NCBI GenBank assembly: GCA_964270895.1
Contig: OZ185438.1
Direction: 5' to 3' (one strand)
Length of the DNA stretch: 64,000 nt
DNA from: Podarcis filfolensis
Taxonomy: Eukaryota
Part shown: piece after piece, positions 24,050 to 37,374 of the stretch
How positions within the stretch are numbered: the stretch's first letter is position 1
Layout of the letters: every line of letters starts with the position of its first letter
Notes under the pieces: model-generated
The model's database searches: none
Told to the model about the DNA's origin: nothing
The model's input: only the letters and a program-made list of their open reading frames with translations
Program-made: the position numbers and the translations under genes

Positions 24050-24389
24050 AATGACTATATGATAAAACAGTGCTCCGGTACAGAAATATTGATATGTAAA
24101 GAACAAAGTTTGTAAGGGGGAAAGGTTACAAATGCAAGTAAAATCAGAATATTTGTCAAATACAATATAACAACACAACTGTAAAGATAAGTTATAGAAT
24201 TAAGGTCAAGCGACGATGGAAGGAAGTCACATTTTAACTCACATTTCGAGTTATGTCGAACCAATGGTGGGGGGGGTGAAGTGGGGGGATGTTTTGTGTT
24301 ACTAACATGTACATATGTGTAAACCTTTTTTTCTTTCTGTTATTTTGTAGAGATAAAAACTTTAATAAAAATTAAATTTAAAAAAAAGA
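24050..24389 (+). mobile_element. Probable L1-type LINE 3' UTR with poly(A) end
   Basis: A-rich body, G-rich tract, T-rich segment, then AATAAAA and an A tail; no ORF confirmed. Confidence 0.35.
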
Positions 24390-26355
24390 TTTCTGCATTG
24401 TAGGGGGCACAGGAGCCAACTCCTAGTGGACGTGGCGGGCTTCAGCCCCCACAATAAAATATTTGAGGGGGATGGGCCGCCAAAATTGATGGGCATTCCC
24501 ATTCAAATGGTGTGTGTGCACTGCATCATGTGATCAGTTATGCAGGGCAGGGTTTACCTGGGCCCCCACAATAGTTTATTCAAGTTGGCACCCCTGGTAA
24601 GGAGTTGGACCAACTCTACAATTTATGTCAGCAGCAGGGTCCATACAGAATCTAGTAGACCCTTGTGCCCGCTAATCTCTCCCCCTCCCCACAAATGGTT
24701 TCTACCTGTGGGGTAGCAATTGGGTCACTGCTCACCAATGGTGGTGGCCCAGCAGTGAGAGGCCCCCTAATGGTGGGAGATGGCAGAGCTGGGCAGAGAC
24801 ATACAATGGATTTGGGGCTTGGATTGCCACTGAGATGTATACTCAGTTGCTATACAAGGCTGCAGTGAATTCCATTGCCCCAGAACTATGTTTTTCGTGC
24901 CACGTTCTAAGGAGCCTTGTTTCAACTGGGCATCTTCACTGAGAAGGTCAGTAAGACTTGACAGCCTACCCTGAAATTCCAATTTTTTCCTGCATTGCAC
25001 AGCTACTGGATGTGCCAGACACGTGATCAGTTCAGATGCGGCAGCAGTGAAGCCCGGCAGGTGTGACTGCACAGAAGATGCAGTCTTACGTATCTTTTAC
25101 TCTGAAACTACATTCCACGTGAACAGGGTGTGTGCGCTCTAAACACTCCTCAGAATCTTCTATGGCAGAAGTTCCATGGCAAACATGTCGGTGTGGAAAA
25201 GCTTCTCTAAAGATTGGAAAATGGACAGCCGTGGCTCTAGAATACACCCCCATATGCTTTGCAATGTGCAAAGATTCAGTAAAGGATTCACAAAAGTTTC
25301 TCAGCGGGGGGGGGGGGGGGAATTGATACAGAGAGAAAGGCAGGAAGGTTTGAAAATGACTGATGCAGACAAAGATCAGAAACTGCTTATCTCTGCAAAT
25401 GTTAAATTTAGGCACCATAGGATATTTTGTTATTTCTTTGGCATGTTTGGTACAAATAGATACGCTTTTCGCTTTAAAAAAACCCCATACGGTTTCTCTC
25501 CATAGAATTTGGGTGAAGTATTAACTTAAACACACAAGGAGTGCCATCTAGTGTTCTAAAACCGCATCAAACTATTTTATTTTTTTTTAAGTGTGTCTCT
25601 TTTTTGTTGCTGGGAGGGGAGTATTCATACTGAAACTGCTTTTTGTTCATTTATGCAATTCAATTGTCTCACTGTAAAGCTGCAATAAAGCGCAATCAAG
25701 ATCCACAGAGACGCGTCATGAATGGTTTGATTTATGTTCAAAAAGAAGAAGAAGAGGCAAAGGCAAAGCCTTCAACTGGAGCTTTTAGTTGTAATGATAA
25801 ATTACTATTTTGGAGCATCACCTTGAAACCTTAAGTTATTGTTGCTGTTATTTTCTCCTGCCTTGATGTGTGCTCTGACATCAGGCTTCGTCTTCGGCAT
25901 TTATTTGGAACCATTTGCACAAAACTGCAAAAGGCTACACCAGAGTTTCCTGAGCCTGCCCAATACATTTTGGCACCTGAGGCAAACCATAAAATGGCAT
26001 TCCCCACCACAACATTTTTGGACATTTCAACAACATTGAGCACCCATCACCACCAAGCAACTACACACTGCAACCAGAACCACAAGGGGGAAAGACATGT
26101 TTGGTCATTCAACAGCACTGAGCACTTTAAATAAATGAAAATGGGGGCAGGGGAGTTGGTAGTCCCACGGAATTGGGCACCCCTGCCCCCGTCTACTTCT
26201 CTGTGGCACACATGTGTGGTGAAAAGGAGCTGGTGGTTGCTGCTATGCTGCGCACACCCTGGCCATGAAGAATGGGAAGAGCTGGGGATGTCCACTTCAG
26301 CTAAGTTTTTGGTCACTCCAAAATAATATAATGATACTTTCAGGACTAGGTCTTC

Positions 26356-27223
26356 TGTTATAGGAATTTTAAGGTCTCAAATATAGAATAAATATTCATA
26401 AATGCACACATATCTAAATATATGAACCACATGTCTGAAATAGTATGTGAGAGCAATCCTGAAGCCATTTTGAGTCTCCCAATGACCTCAAATATTCCTC
26501 TGCAGTAAGGGAGGCAAATGGGGAAAGCCTTTCCATTGTCTTTTCCACTTATAAACCCTGTCTTATGGTCATATTTGTGTATGAATAGGGTGAGCCTGTG
26601 ACCTGGATTCAGGAACTAAAGTATTTACCATCACGAAAGAATGGCCAGGCTGCCCAGGTAATGCAATCAGCAACTGTCATCAGGTGTCCTGTCAGACAGG
26701 ATTTCTGCTGTACACCTCCTCCTTCTGTGATGTATTTATGATTTTTTGGGGGGAAGGGGTCTTGGGCTACAGGGTGGGCAATTTCAAAAGTCTATATAAG
26801 GGCTTGCGCACCATTGTTCAGGGTTCTCCTCCTTCCTGCTTGTGGTGAGTGGGGACACTTTTGGAACTGTTCCTTTAATAAAAAATCAGGCTTACTAGCC
26901 ACTTTGGATTTGATATCCCACTTTTTCACTACCCGAAGGAGTCTCAAAGCGGCTAACATTCTCCTTTCCCTTCCTCCCCCACAACAAACATTCTGTGAGG
27001 TAATTGGGGCTGAGAGACTTCAAAGAAGTGTGACTAGCCCAAGGTCACCCAGCAGCTGCATGTGGAGGAGCGGGGAAGCGAACCCGGTTCACCAGATTAC
27101 GAGTCCACTGCTCTTAACCACTACACCACACTGGCTTTCACACCACACTTGCTTCTCAATATACTCTGGTTGGCCTCTGTTATTTTCTCCTACCGATAGG
27201 GAACCTACTTAAGGACTCTAACA
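26356..27223 (+). mobile_element. Solo LTR-like element with a nested minus-strand tRNA-derived SINE (about 26910-27135)
   Basis: TG...CA ends; aligns with 11008-11607 on both sides of the nested SINE. Confidence 0.6.
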
Positions 27224-27432
27224 GGCTTCGAAAAGGGAAAGGGAGCAGTTTTTCTTACAACATCTTCTATGAGATGTCACGGCAGCACATCCAACATGAT
27301 GCTTCATTTGGGCAGAAGACACTATCAAGTGTGATGCCTTCATGCCAGTATGTCCGATGTATGTAGAAATGAGCATAAGCTGCCTTATACTGAGTCAGAC
27401 TATTGGTCCATCTACCTCAGTACTGTCTACAA

Positions 27433-27569
27433 CAGGTTTCCTCAACCTTTGGCCCTCCAGATGTTTTGAGACTACAATTCCCATCATCCCAGACCACTGG
27501 TCCTGCTAGCTAGGGATCATGGGAGTTGTAGGCCAAAAACTTCTGGAGGGCCGAGTTTGAGGAAGCCTG
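27433..27569. mobile_element. hAT-like palindromic MITE with 8-bp TSD
   Basis: GTCTACAA at 27425-27432 and 27570-27577. Confidence 0.85.
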
Positions 27570-29001
27570 GTCTACAATGACTGGCAGCAGTTCTCCAGGG
27601 TTCCAGACCTGAACCAGAGACACTCAAGCTTTGTCCTGCAGCCAGCTGCAGTTTGTGATGCGCTCACTGCTACAGCCCCACAGATTTCCTTCTTGCACAC
27701 CTAGACGGCACACGGATGCTGGACTCAAAGCAGCATGGCACCCCTCAATCAATCCAGCACAGCCACTTCCTCTTAAATCCTGGGAACCACTCTTTGCTTC
27801 TTTGGGTTTTCAGCAGTTGATGTGTATGCTCCAACATTTCCCAAGAGGAATTTGGGGCATCCCGCAACACCATCCCACCCCCTGCCACCTCTTGCCTGCT
27901 CACTCCCCCGCCCAACACTGCCACCGCTTGTCCCCGGCACCTTACATTGGGCACCTCTCTCTCTCTCTCTCTCTCCACCACCCTCTGTGGTCTGCAGTTG
28001 CAGGCGGAGGCTGTGGCACAGCAGAGGAGGCAAAGACTTCAGCGCACTGGAGGTGCATCATCGGAAAAGCCAGCAGCCTCAGTCCTAGGCTGCACCACCG
28101 CCTGCAGGGAGGCCATAGCGCAGCAGTGACGGTGTTGGCCAAAACAGGGCATCTAGGATTACTTTCAGAAGCTTCTGTAAACCCAGGATGTCCTGGTAAA
28201 ATCAGGACCATTAGGCGGCATGGTTGTTGATGACACTTTGGGGCAATTTTGCAGTCTGCAACTCTTTCCAGCATCGTCCAATCACTCTCCAACCTCTTCT
28301 GATGACTCTCCAAAACTCCTCCACGACCTTCTCCATCTCCTCCGCAAATCCCTCCAGTCTCCTCCAATGACTCTTCAACCTCCTCCGCAACTCTCCCTGG
28401 GCTCCCCTGCATTTCTCCAAACTCTCTCCGAACATCTCTGATCTCTCTGCAATCTCCTCCGCGCTCTCTCCACATTCCATCGACTCTCCAACCGCACCTA
28501 AACACTTGCCCAATAGCTCATGGGATTGCAGGATGCTTTTTCTTGTTCTGCCACCCTCAACATTTATTTATTTTATGGCAATCTGCACAACGCTGCGACC
28601 ACATAAGTGAAACTTGCATAAGATTAGAAATACATAATCCTTTTGGGAGAAAAACTTTCCCTTGAAAGAAACCATGGTTGTTGTTGTTGTTGTTGTTGTT
28701 TGATTATGGCTTATTTCTTATTAAATTTATATTATTGTATAAGATGTTTAGTATAAAGTTTATACTGTGCTTAGCTGCCTTGTTGTACCGTAAATCCTTT
28801 ATGGAAAGAAAAGCCATATATAAATATTTTAAATAATATTTTTAAAATAATCTCTCCAGGCTTTTTAAAAACAATTTTACAAATGCAATTTTCTTCATAT
28901 GTAAACTATTTGAAGCTAACTACATTAAAGAAGGCTATCGTAATCTCCCCCCCCCCAACACACACACTGTAATTAGATAGCAACAAACCTTTGCAGGCAT
29001 T

Positions 29002-30029
29002 GTTGTTATTGTTTAGTCATTTAGTCGTGTCCGACTCTTCGTGACCCCTTGGACCAGAACACGCCAGGCACTCCTGTCTTCCACTGCCTCCCGCAGTTTG
29101 GTCAAACTGATGCTGGTAGCTTCAAGAACACTATCCAACCATCTCGTCCTCTGTCGTCCCCTTCTCCTTGTGCCCTCCATCTTTCCCAACATCAGGGTCT
29201 TTTCCAGGGAGTCTTTTCTTCTCATGAGGTGGCCAAAGTACTGGAGCCTCAGCTTCACGATCTGTCCTTCCAGTGAGCACTCAGGGCTAATTTCCTTAAG
29301 AATGGATAGGTTTGACCTTCTTGCAGTCCATGGGACTCTCAAGAGTCTCCTCCAGCACCATAATTCAAAAGCCAAAAGAGTGGCGAAAGCTGTACTGGGA
29401 TGCAATCTCAAAAATGATAGAATGATCTCGATATGAATCCAAGGCAGACCTTTTAACATCACAGTAATCCAAGTTTATGCACCAACTACTGGTGCTGAAG
29501 AAACTGAAATTGACCAATTCTATGAAGACTTACAACACCTTCTAGAAATGACACCAAAGAAGGATGTTCTTCTCATTATAAGGGATTGGAATGCTAAAGT
29601 AGGGAATCAAGAGATAAAAGGAACAACTGGCAAGTTTGGCCTTGGAAATAAAAACGAAGCAGGGCAAAGGCTAATAGAATTCTGTCAAGAGAACAAGCTG
29701 GTCATCACAAACACGCTTTTCCAACAACACAAAAGACAACTCTACACATGGACATCACCAGATGGACAGCATCGAAATCAGATTGATTATATTCTCTGCA
29801 GCCAAAGATGGAGAAGCTCTATACAGTCAGCAAAAACAAGACCTGGAGCTGACTGGCTCAGATCATCAGCTTCTTATAGCAAAATTCAAGCTTAAACTGA
29901 AGAAAGTAGGAAAAACCACTGGGCCAGTAAGATATAATCTAAATCAAAACCCTTATGAATACACAGTGGAAGTGAGGAACAGGTTTAAGAATTTAGATTT
30001 GGTGGACAGAGTGCCTGAAAAACTATGGA
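29002..30029. mobile_element. Rearranged Bov-B LINE: minus-strand 3' end (29002-about 29370) joined to a plus-strand endonuclease segment (about 29371-30029); 10-bp TSD
   Basis: FELWCWRRLLRVPW...KSRTRLND on minus; AVLGCNLKNDRMIS...VYAPTT...DWNAKVG...RNQIDYIL on plus; TGCAGGCATT at 28992-29001 and 30030-30039; empty site in unit C at about 32881. Confidence 0.9.
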
Positions 30030-31886
30030 TGCAGGCATTAACACTGTACAAATTGCTCTACAGTAACCATAAAATAGAACTAGTGGATCCAATTCTAGCT
30101 CTTTGTTTCATACAATAAGTAAGTATCAAAAGTGAACAAGGTGTGGCTCCTCAATTATAGTATCAAACAAAGATGATACATATACAGATGGTAATCTTAC
30201 CGAGGTCTTGCTTAGATGATTCATTAATTATGTCAGTGAGAAAGTACGGGGAAGTTTTTGCTTTCTCATGATTGGGCATTACATATAGATGTGAGCCTTA
30301 TAAAGCAGTGAAAAATCCTTGAGACATAGGTGACACAGTGCTAGTTCCATCTATGTCAAAACCAGTTCCATCCTGTTCTGACTGGCAGCAGTTCTCCAGG
30401 GTTCCAGACCTGAACCAGAAACACCCAAGATTTGTCCTGCGGCCGGCTGCAGTTAGTGATGCGCTCGCTGCCACAGCCCCACAAATTTCCTTCTCGCATA
30501 CCTAGATGGCACATGGATGCTAGACTCATTCTGGCCACGTTTATGTGCCACAGTACACAAAGACATGTCACCCCTCAATAAATCCAGCACAGCCACTTCC
30601 TCTTAAATCATGGGGACCACTCTTTGCTTCTTTGGGTTTTCAGCTGTTGATGTGCATGTTCCAACATTTCCCAAGAGGAATTTGGGGCATCCCGCAACAC
30701 CATCCCACCCCCTGCCACCTCTTGCCTGCTCACCCCCCCACCCCAACATTCCACCGCTTGTCCCTGGCACCTTACTTTGGGCACCTCTCTCTCTCTCTCT
30801 CCACCACCCTCTGTGTTCTGCAGCTGCAGGCGGAGGCTGTGGCACAGCAGAGGAGGCAAAGGCTTCAGCGCACCGGAGGTGCATCATTGGAAAAGCCAGC
30901 AGCCTCAGCCCTGGGCTGCGCCACCACCTGCAGGGAGACCATAGCGCAGCAGTGACGGTGTTGGCCAAAACACGACATCTAGGATAACTTTCAGAAGCCA
31001 GGGCGGCTTCTGTAAACCCAGGATATCCCGGTAAAATCAGGAACGTTAGATGGCATGGTTGTTGATGACACTTTGGGGCAATTTTGCAGTCTGCAACTTT
31101 CTCCAGCATCGTCCAATCACTCTCCAACCTCTTCTGATGACTCTCCAAAACTCCTCCACGGCTCTCTCCATCTCCTCCGCAAATCCCTCCAATCTTCTCC
31201 AATGACTCTTCAACCTCCTCCGCAGCTCTCCCTGGGCTCCCCTGCATTTCTCCAAACTCTCTCCGAAGACCTCTGATCTCTCTGCAATCTCCTCCGCGCG
31301 CTCTCCTCATTCCATCGACTCTCCAACCACACCTAAACACTCGCCCAATGGCTGATGGGAATGCAGGGTGCTTTTTCTTGTTCTCCCACCCTCGACATTT
31401 ATTTATTTTATGGCAATCTGCACAACGCTGCGACCACATAAGTGAAATCTGCATAAGATTAGAAATATAGTACATAATCCTTTAGGGAGAAAAATTTTCC
31501 CTTGAAAGAAACCATGTTGTTGTTGTTGTTGTTGTTGATTTTGCTGTTGTTGTTTGATTATGGCTATAAAATGTTTAGTGTTGTTTGATTATTGTATAAA
31601 ATGTTTAGCATAGAGTTTATACTGTGCTTAGCTGCCTTGTTGTAAATCCTTTATGGAAAGAAAAGCCATATATAAATATTTTAAATAATATTTTAAAAAT
31701 AATCTCTCCTGGCTTTTTAAAAATAATTTTACAAATGCAATTTTCTTCATATGTAAAGTATTTGAAGCTAACTACATTAAAGCAGGCTATCGTGATCTTG
31801 TCCCCCCCACACACAGACACTGTGATTAGATAGCAACAGACCTTTACACTGTACAAATTGCTCTACAGTAACCATCAAATAAAATA

Positions 31887-32243
31887 GGGTCATGGGTGGA
31901 GCTGTGGGTTAAACCACAGAGCCTAGGACTTGCCAATCAGAAGGTCGGCAGTTTGAATCCCCACGATGGGGTGAGCTCCCATTGCTCAGTCCCTGCTCCT
32001 GCCAACCTAGCAGTTCGAAAGCATGTCAAAGTGCAAGTAGATAAATAGGTACCGCTCCAGCGGGAAGGTAAACGGCATTTCCGTGCACTGCTCTGGTTCG
32101 CCAGAAGCTGCTTAGTCATGCTGGCCACATGATCTGGAAGCTGTACGCCGGCTCCCTTGGCCAATAAAGCGAGATGAGCGCCGCAACCCCAGAGTCGGCC
32201 ACGACTGGACCTAATGGTCAGGGGTCTCTTTACCTTTATCTTT
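31887..32243 (+). mobile_element. Sauria SINE, full length, in duplication unit B
   Basis: Full consensus-like sequence; flanking TAACCAT(C)AAATA duplication. Confidence 0.9.
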
Positions 32244-33294
32244 AACCATAAAATAGAACTAGAGGATCCAGTTCTAGCTCTTTGTTTCATACAATAAGTA
32301 AGTATCAAAAGTGAACAAGGTGTGGCTCCTCAATTATAGTATCTGATCTCTCTGCAAACACCCTCCACCTCTGAGCTCTCCACATTCCATCGACTCTCTA
32401 ACCGCACCTAAACACTCGGCCAATGGCTGATGGGAATGCAGGATGCTTTTTCTTGTTCTCCCACTCTCGACATTTATTTTATGGCAATCTGCACAAAGCT
32501 GCGACCACATAAGTGAAACCCGCATAAGATTAGAAATACACAATCCTTTAGGGAGAAAAATTTACCCTTGAAAGAAACCATTTTGTTGTTGTTGTTGTTT
32601 GATTATGGCTTGTTTCTTATTAAATTTATATTATTGTATAAAATGTTTAGTATAAAGGTTATACTGTGCTTAGCTGCCTTGTTGTAAATCCTTGATGGAA
32701 AGAAAAGCCATATATAAATATTTTAAATAATATTTTTAAAATAATCTCTCCTGGCTTTTTAAAAAGAATTTTACAAATGCAATTTTCTTCATATGTAAAC
32801 TATTTGAAGCTAACTACATTAAAGAAGGCTATCGTAATCTTGTCGCGCCCCCCCCACTGTGATTAGATAGCAACAGGCCTTTGCAGGCATTAACACTGTA
32901 CAAATTGCTCTACAGTAACCATAAAATAGAGCTAGTGGATCCAGTTTTAGCTCTTTGTTTCATACAATAAGTAAGTATCAAAAGTAAACAAGGTGTGGCT
33001 CCTTTACTGTGCTTAACTGCCTTGTGGTAAATCCTTTATGGAAAGAAAAGCCATATATAAATATTTTAAATAATATTTTTAAAATAATCTCTCCTGGCTT
33101 TTAAAAAAGAATTTTACAAGTGCAATTTTCTTCATATGTAAACTATTTGAAGCTAACTACATTAAAGCAGGCTATCGTAATCTTGTCGTTCTCCCCCCCC
33201 ACACACACACACAGACACTGTGATTAGATAGCCACAGACCTTTGCAGGCATTAACACTATACAAATTGCTCTACAGTAACCATAAAATAAAATA

Positions 33295-33656
33295 GGGACG
33301 TGGGTGGCACTGTGGGTTAAACCACAGAGCCTAGGACTTGCCGATCAGAAGGTCGGCGGTTCAAATCCCCACGACGGGGTGAGCTCCTGTTGCTTGGTCC
33401 CATCCCAGCTCCTGCCAACCTAGCAGTTCAAAAATACGTCAAAGTGCAAGTAGATAAATAGGTACCGCTCCGGCGGGAAGGTAAATGGCATTTCCGTGCA
33501 CTGCTCTGTTTCGCCAGAAGTGGCTTAGTCATGCTGGACACATGACCCGGAAGCTGTACGCCGGCTTCCTCAGCCAGTAAAGCGAGATGAGCGCTGCAAC
33601 CCCAGAGTCGGTCACGACTGGACCTAATGGTCAGGGGTCCCTTTACCTTTACCTTT
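33295..33656 (+). mobile_element. Sauria SINE, full length, at the equivalent site in duplication unit D
   Basis: Same flanks as 31887-32243. Confidence 0.9.
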
Positions 33657-34442
33657 AACCATAAAATAGAACTAGTGGGTGCAGTTCTAGCTTTGTTTCA
33701 TACAATAAATAAGTATCAAAAGTGAACAAGGTGTGGCTCCTCAATTATAGTATGAAACAAAGATGATACATATACAAATGGTAATCTTACCTAGGTCTTG
33801 CCCAGAATCAACAGAGGGCATTGGCTTAGATGATTCATTAATTACGTCAGTGAGAAAAAAAAATTATTTTTTTTTGTTTTGACTATGGCAGACCAACACG
33901 GCTACCTATCTGTCAGTGAGAAAGTACGAGGAAGTTTTTGCTTTCTCATGATTGGGCATTACATATAGATGTGAGCCTTATAAAGCAGTGAAAAATCCTT
34001 GAGACAAAGGTGACACAGTGCTAGTTCCATCCACGTCAAAACTAGTTCCATCTTGTTCTGACATTGAGCACACATTGTACAGCGTCACCTTAACCAGGTA
34101 TTCCTCTCCACAAGTCTCCAGCCCACTCCACCTGAGAAGACACAAGATTGTATCTGCAGTCTCTCCAACTCAAATTGAGGTAATTTTAAATTATCGTTTA
34201 ATTTCTGGAGTTGCAAATGATGATTTCCCCTGCCCCTCCAATGTTTTTTTCAGTTGGATTCTAGTGTTGTCAGTATAGTTCTGCCAGGATCGCTCACTGT
34301 TGATATTGCCATGAAAACCTATTTGGAGAACTGAAAAATTAATCTGAATAACCCATTTGCTTATCATCAGTGAGTCCTGAATCAATTCATGACTGTGGGG
34401 GTGGGAAGGTGAAAGGGAAAGTGTCATAAATGTTCACAGCTG

Positions 34443-35040
34443 TCTTCTTCTTCGGCGATCACTTGTAGCCGAGTAAGATTGTCTTCCAGGAACACGGTTT
34501 TAACAGTGAGTCTGTAAGTGACTGTGGAGGCCGATTCTGGATCCACATGTCCTTTCACAGTGGAGACACTGGTTTCCAGGCGGGGTTGATCATGGTGAGG
34601 GTTTGCCAAATGTGCCTTCCTCTTAGCTCGTTTCTCCCTTTCGTCCTGAGTCTGAGCATCTTCAAAGCCCATGACACTTTTGGTAAAGGCTGTTCTCCAA
34701 CTGGAGCACTCACAGGCCAGTGTTTCCCAGTTGTTGGTGTTTATACTACTTTTAGATTTGTCTTGAGAGAGTCTTTAAACCTCTTTCCATTTTTAAGTTC
34801 AGAATAGAGCAGTTGCTTTGGAAGACGCTAATCAGGCATCCGCACAACATGACCGGTCCAACAAAGTTGATGTTGAAGAATCATTGCTTTGACGCTGGTG
34901 ATCTTTGCTTCTTCCAGTACACTGGCATTAGTTTGCACGTCTTCCCAAGTGATGTGTAAAAATTTCCAGAAATATCCTTGACAGAATATTTTGAGGAGTT
35001 GGAGGTGGTTTTTATAAGTGGTATCCACAGTGCACACACT
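34443..35040 (-). mobile_element. RTE-clade LINE 3' fragment (not Bov-B), degenerate, with (GAA)n tail
   Basis: ITWEDVQTNASVLEEAKITSVKAMILQHQLCWTGHVVRMPD motif typical of the RTE C-terminus. Confidence 0.75.
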
Positions 35041-35978
35041 GAACTGAATATACATTAATAGCAAGCAATTACTCTACTGTGATCATCCTCTCCTCTCTTC
35101 ATTTATTCGCTCTTCCCAAACACTATATATAGTGAGAATACATGTATATTCATGACATGTCCCTAGCAGCTGCTTAAGATCCTCCCTCTATGAGAAGGTA
35201 TCCAGATAGGGAGAGACCAACAGCCTTCATGAGAGAAGCGGCAAGATCTTGACTTGAAATCTCTAGAAGGGGAAAGAGTTAGTTGCTTAACATTACCAGG
35301 GCACATGAAGCCCAAGGCTTAGCTAAGTCTGCCCTTATAGCAAATAAGCTACCAGGGCAGTGAAAAAAAATCTTTAACAATTTTTTAAAATGCCACCAGG
35401 TGGCACTGTGGATAAAGTTCTACTTCTTTATCTCCTGGAAAACCTAAACTGAAAAACATGGCTGTATCTCAAGAGCTGCTTCTAAAAATGTCATCAAAAC
35501 CTGGCTTAAATAATAACGTAAGTGCACATATTTTGGTAAGTTTACATGCGGTGGAATATGTAATGTGTAAATAGTATGGCTGGGGATTCAAGTCTGGAAT
35601 GTGATTTGACCGTCTTCTCAACTTGTTCGCTTGTTTTCTTTTTAGAAGAGCCGACAGAACTTTTATTGTATCTGCTGTCCTCACTCCCAACCAAGCTATT
35701 TATAACGTATTTGTGCATTATTGTTCTGGAAACACAGTTGATGTATTCTAAAATCCATATGACGGCAATTATTTTATTAAGTCAACAAAAATGTCACAGA
35801 ATAGATGGCAAGCTTTAGAGTTCTCCAGAACTCTTAATCAGGCTAGACAGTAATAAACCTGAGTCAAAAAATGGAACATGGGAAAGAGGAGAGGCAGCCA
35901 TCATTCAAAACAGATTTCAGTATGGGGTGCGTGCAGGTTTCAGATTGCACATAAGACTGCTGGACTGAAGAAATATAA

Positions 35979-36018
<40 letters not shown>

Positions 36019-36119
36019 TCATTTATACCTTGCCCACTCTGGGCGGCTTCCAACAAAGAATCAGTCATTAAAAACTTCCCTATACAGGGCTGCCTTCAGA
36101 TGTCTTCTAAACGTCAGAT
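35979..36119 (-). mobile_element. L2 3'-end fragment with (TAC)n tail
   Basis: CCACTCTGGGCGGCTTCCAACAAAG...AAAAACTTCCCT...GGGCTGCCTTCAGATGTCTTCTAAA shared with the other copies. Confidence 0.7.
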
Positions 36120-36275
36120 AGAAATACACAATAGTCCATCCCTCCTTTTAAAAAAAGGTAAAATCCACATTTATCTCCAACCTTAGGCAAAACAAGCGGG
36201 TTCCAAAATAGCACAAATAGCATGGAAGCATTTTGGAAGTGATTGTGTGGCTCTGGTGGGAGTGAGCGCTCAATT

Positions 36276-36307
<32 letters not shown>

Positions 36308-36880
36308 AACAACAACATGGTCTGCACAGACTAAACTAGCCCCACAGATGGCCATAAAAGAGGGTTGTCGTCTCTGCCAGCCAAGCCAATCACATTGCTG
36401 CCATTTATATCCCCCCAACTCCCACTTTCTAATGAGCAAGACACAATTTATATGAATATATTGAAGTTAACACATCTAGCATGTCGCGTGGCAGCGTTTC
36501 TTCTGGTACTCTATAAATTCATTTTGGCTTAATTAAACATTAAGAATTGTGGTTCGAGCAGTACCATTTGAGTCACAAAGAGATACTTTTTAGGGTGGGG
36601 CTGCCTCTGTGCTGCTCTCACTTCCCCAAAAGTCTTCTTCTGTTTGGAAAGATAACCAACAGAGAGGGTAGAAGCAATAGCCGGGACAGCTGGATAACCA
36701 AAGCCAGCTAGAAAAGGATGTGGCTAGTTGAGATCAATTTTACATATACATTTTAATTTTATTTATTATTTAACAAGATGCATATGCAGCTTAATCAACA
36801 AAACCTCCAAGCTGTTTACAGAAAACAATATAGAATCTTCATTTTAAAATGCCCATCAAATCAAACGTTAAAAACATGTA

Positions 36881-37360
36881 CAGTGGTACCTTGGTTCTCA
36901 AACGCCTTGGTACTCAAATGACTTGGAACCCATACACTGCAAACCTGGAAGTGTGTGTTCCGGTTTGTGAACCTTTTTTAGAAGCCGAACATGCTCCGTT
37001 TTGAGTGTTATGCTTTCGATTTGAGTTTTACGCTGAGGTCTGTCTGTATTTGCTATTTATTTTGCGTTTTTGTTTTTGCAGCTCTTTTTGTTTTGTTTTT
37101 GTGACTGTGTGGAACCCAGTTCAGCTACTGATTGTTTGTGTGAATGCAGTACATTGTTTATTGCTATCATTTTATGGATCAATGGTCTCGTTAGTAAAAT
37201 TCATGTTAAATTGTTGTTTAAGGGGTTGTTTTTAAAAGTTTGGAATGGATTAATCCGTTTTGCATTTCTTTCTATTGGAAAGTGCGCCTTGGTTTTGGAA
37301 GGCTTTGGTTTTGGAATGGACTTCTGGAACGGACTAAGTTTGAGAACCAAGGTACCACTG
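36881..37360. mobile_element. Mariner-type MITE, long form
   Basis: TA|CAGTGGTACCTTGGTTCTCAAAC...GTTTGAGAACCAAGGTACCACTG|TA, 23-bp perfect TIR. Confidence 0.9.
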
Positions 37361-37374
37361 TAGACATAAAGCTT

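Larger units (their letters stand above)
27578..34062. repeat. Tandem segmental amplification, four units of an about 1.76-kb monomer (A 27578-30378, B 30379-32341, C 32342-33002, D 33003-34062)
   Basis: Long near-identical blocks, for example TGACTGGCAGCAGTTCTCCAGGG at 27578 and 30379 and the GGAAAGAAAAGCCATATATAAATATTTTAAATAAT block repeated four times. Confidence 0.9.

Noticed and set aside
29548-30118. Bov-B endonuclease ORFs as a functional gene
   Set aside because: Fragmentary, frameshifted, with a premature stop and no RT
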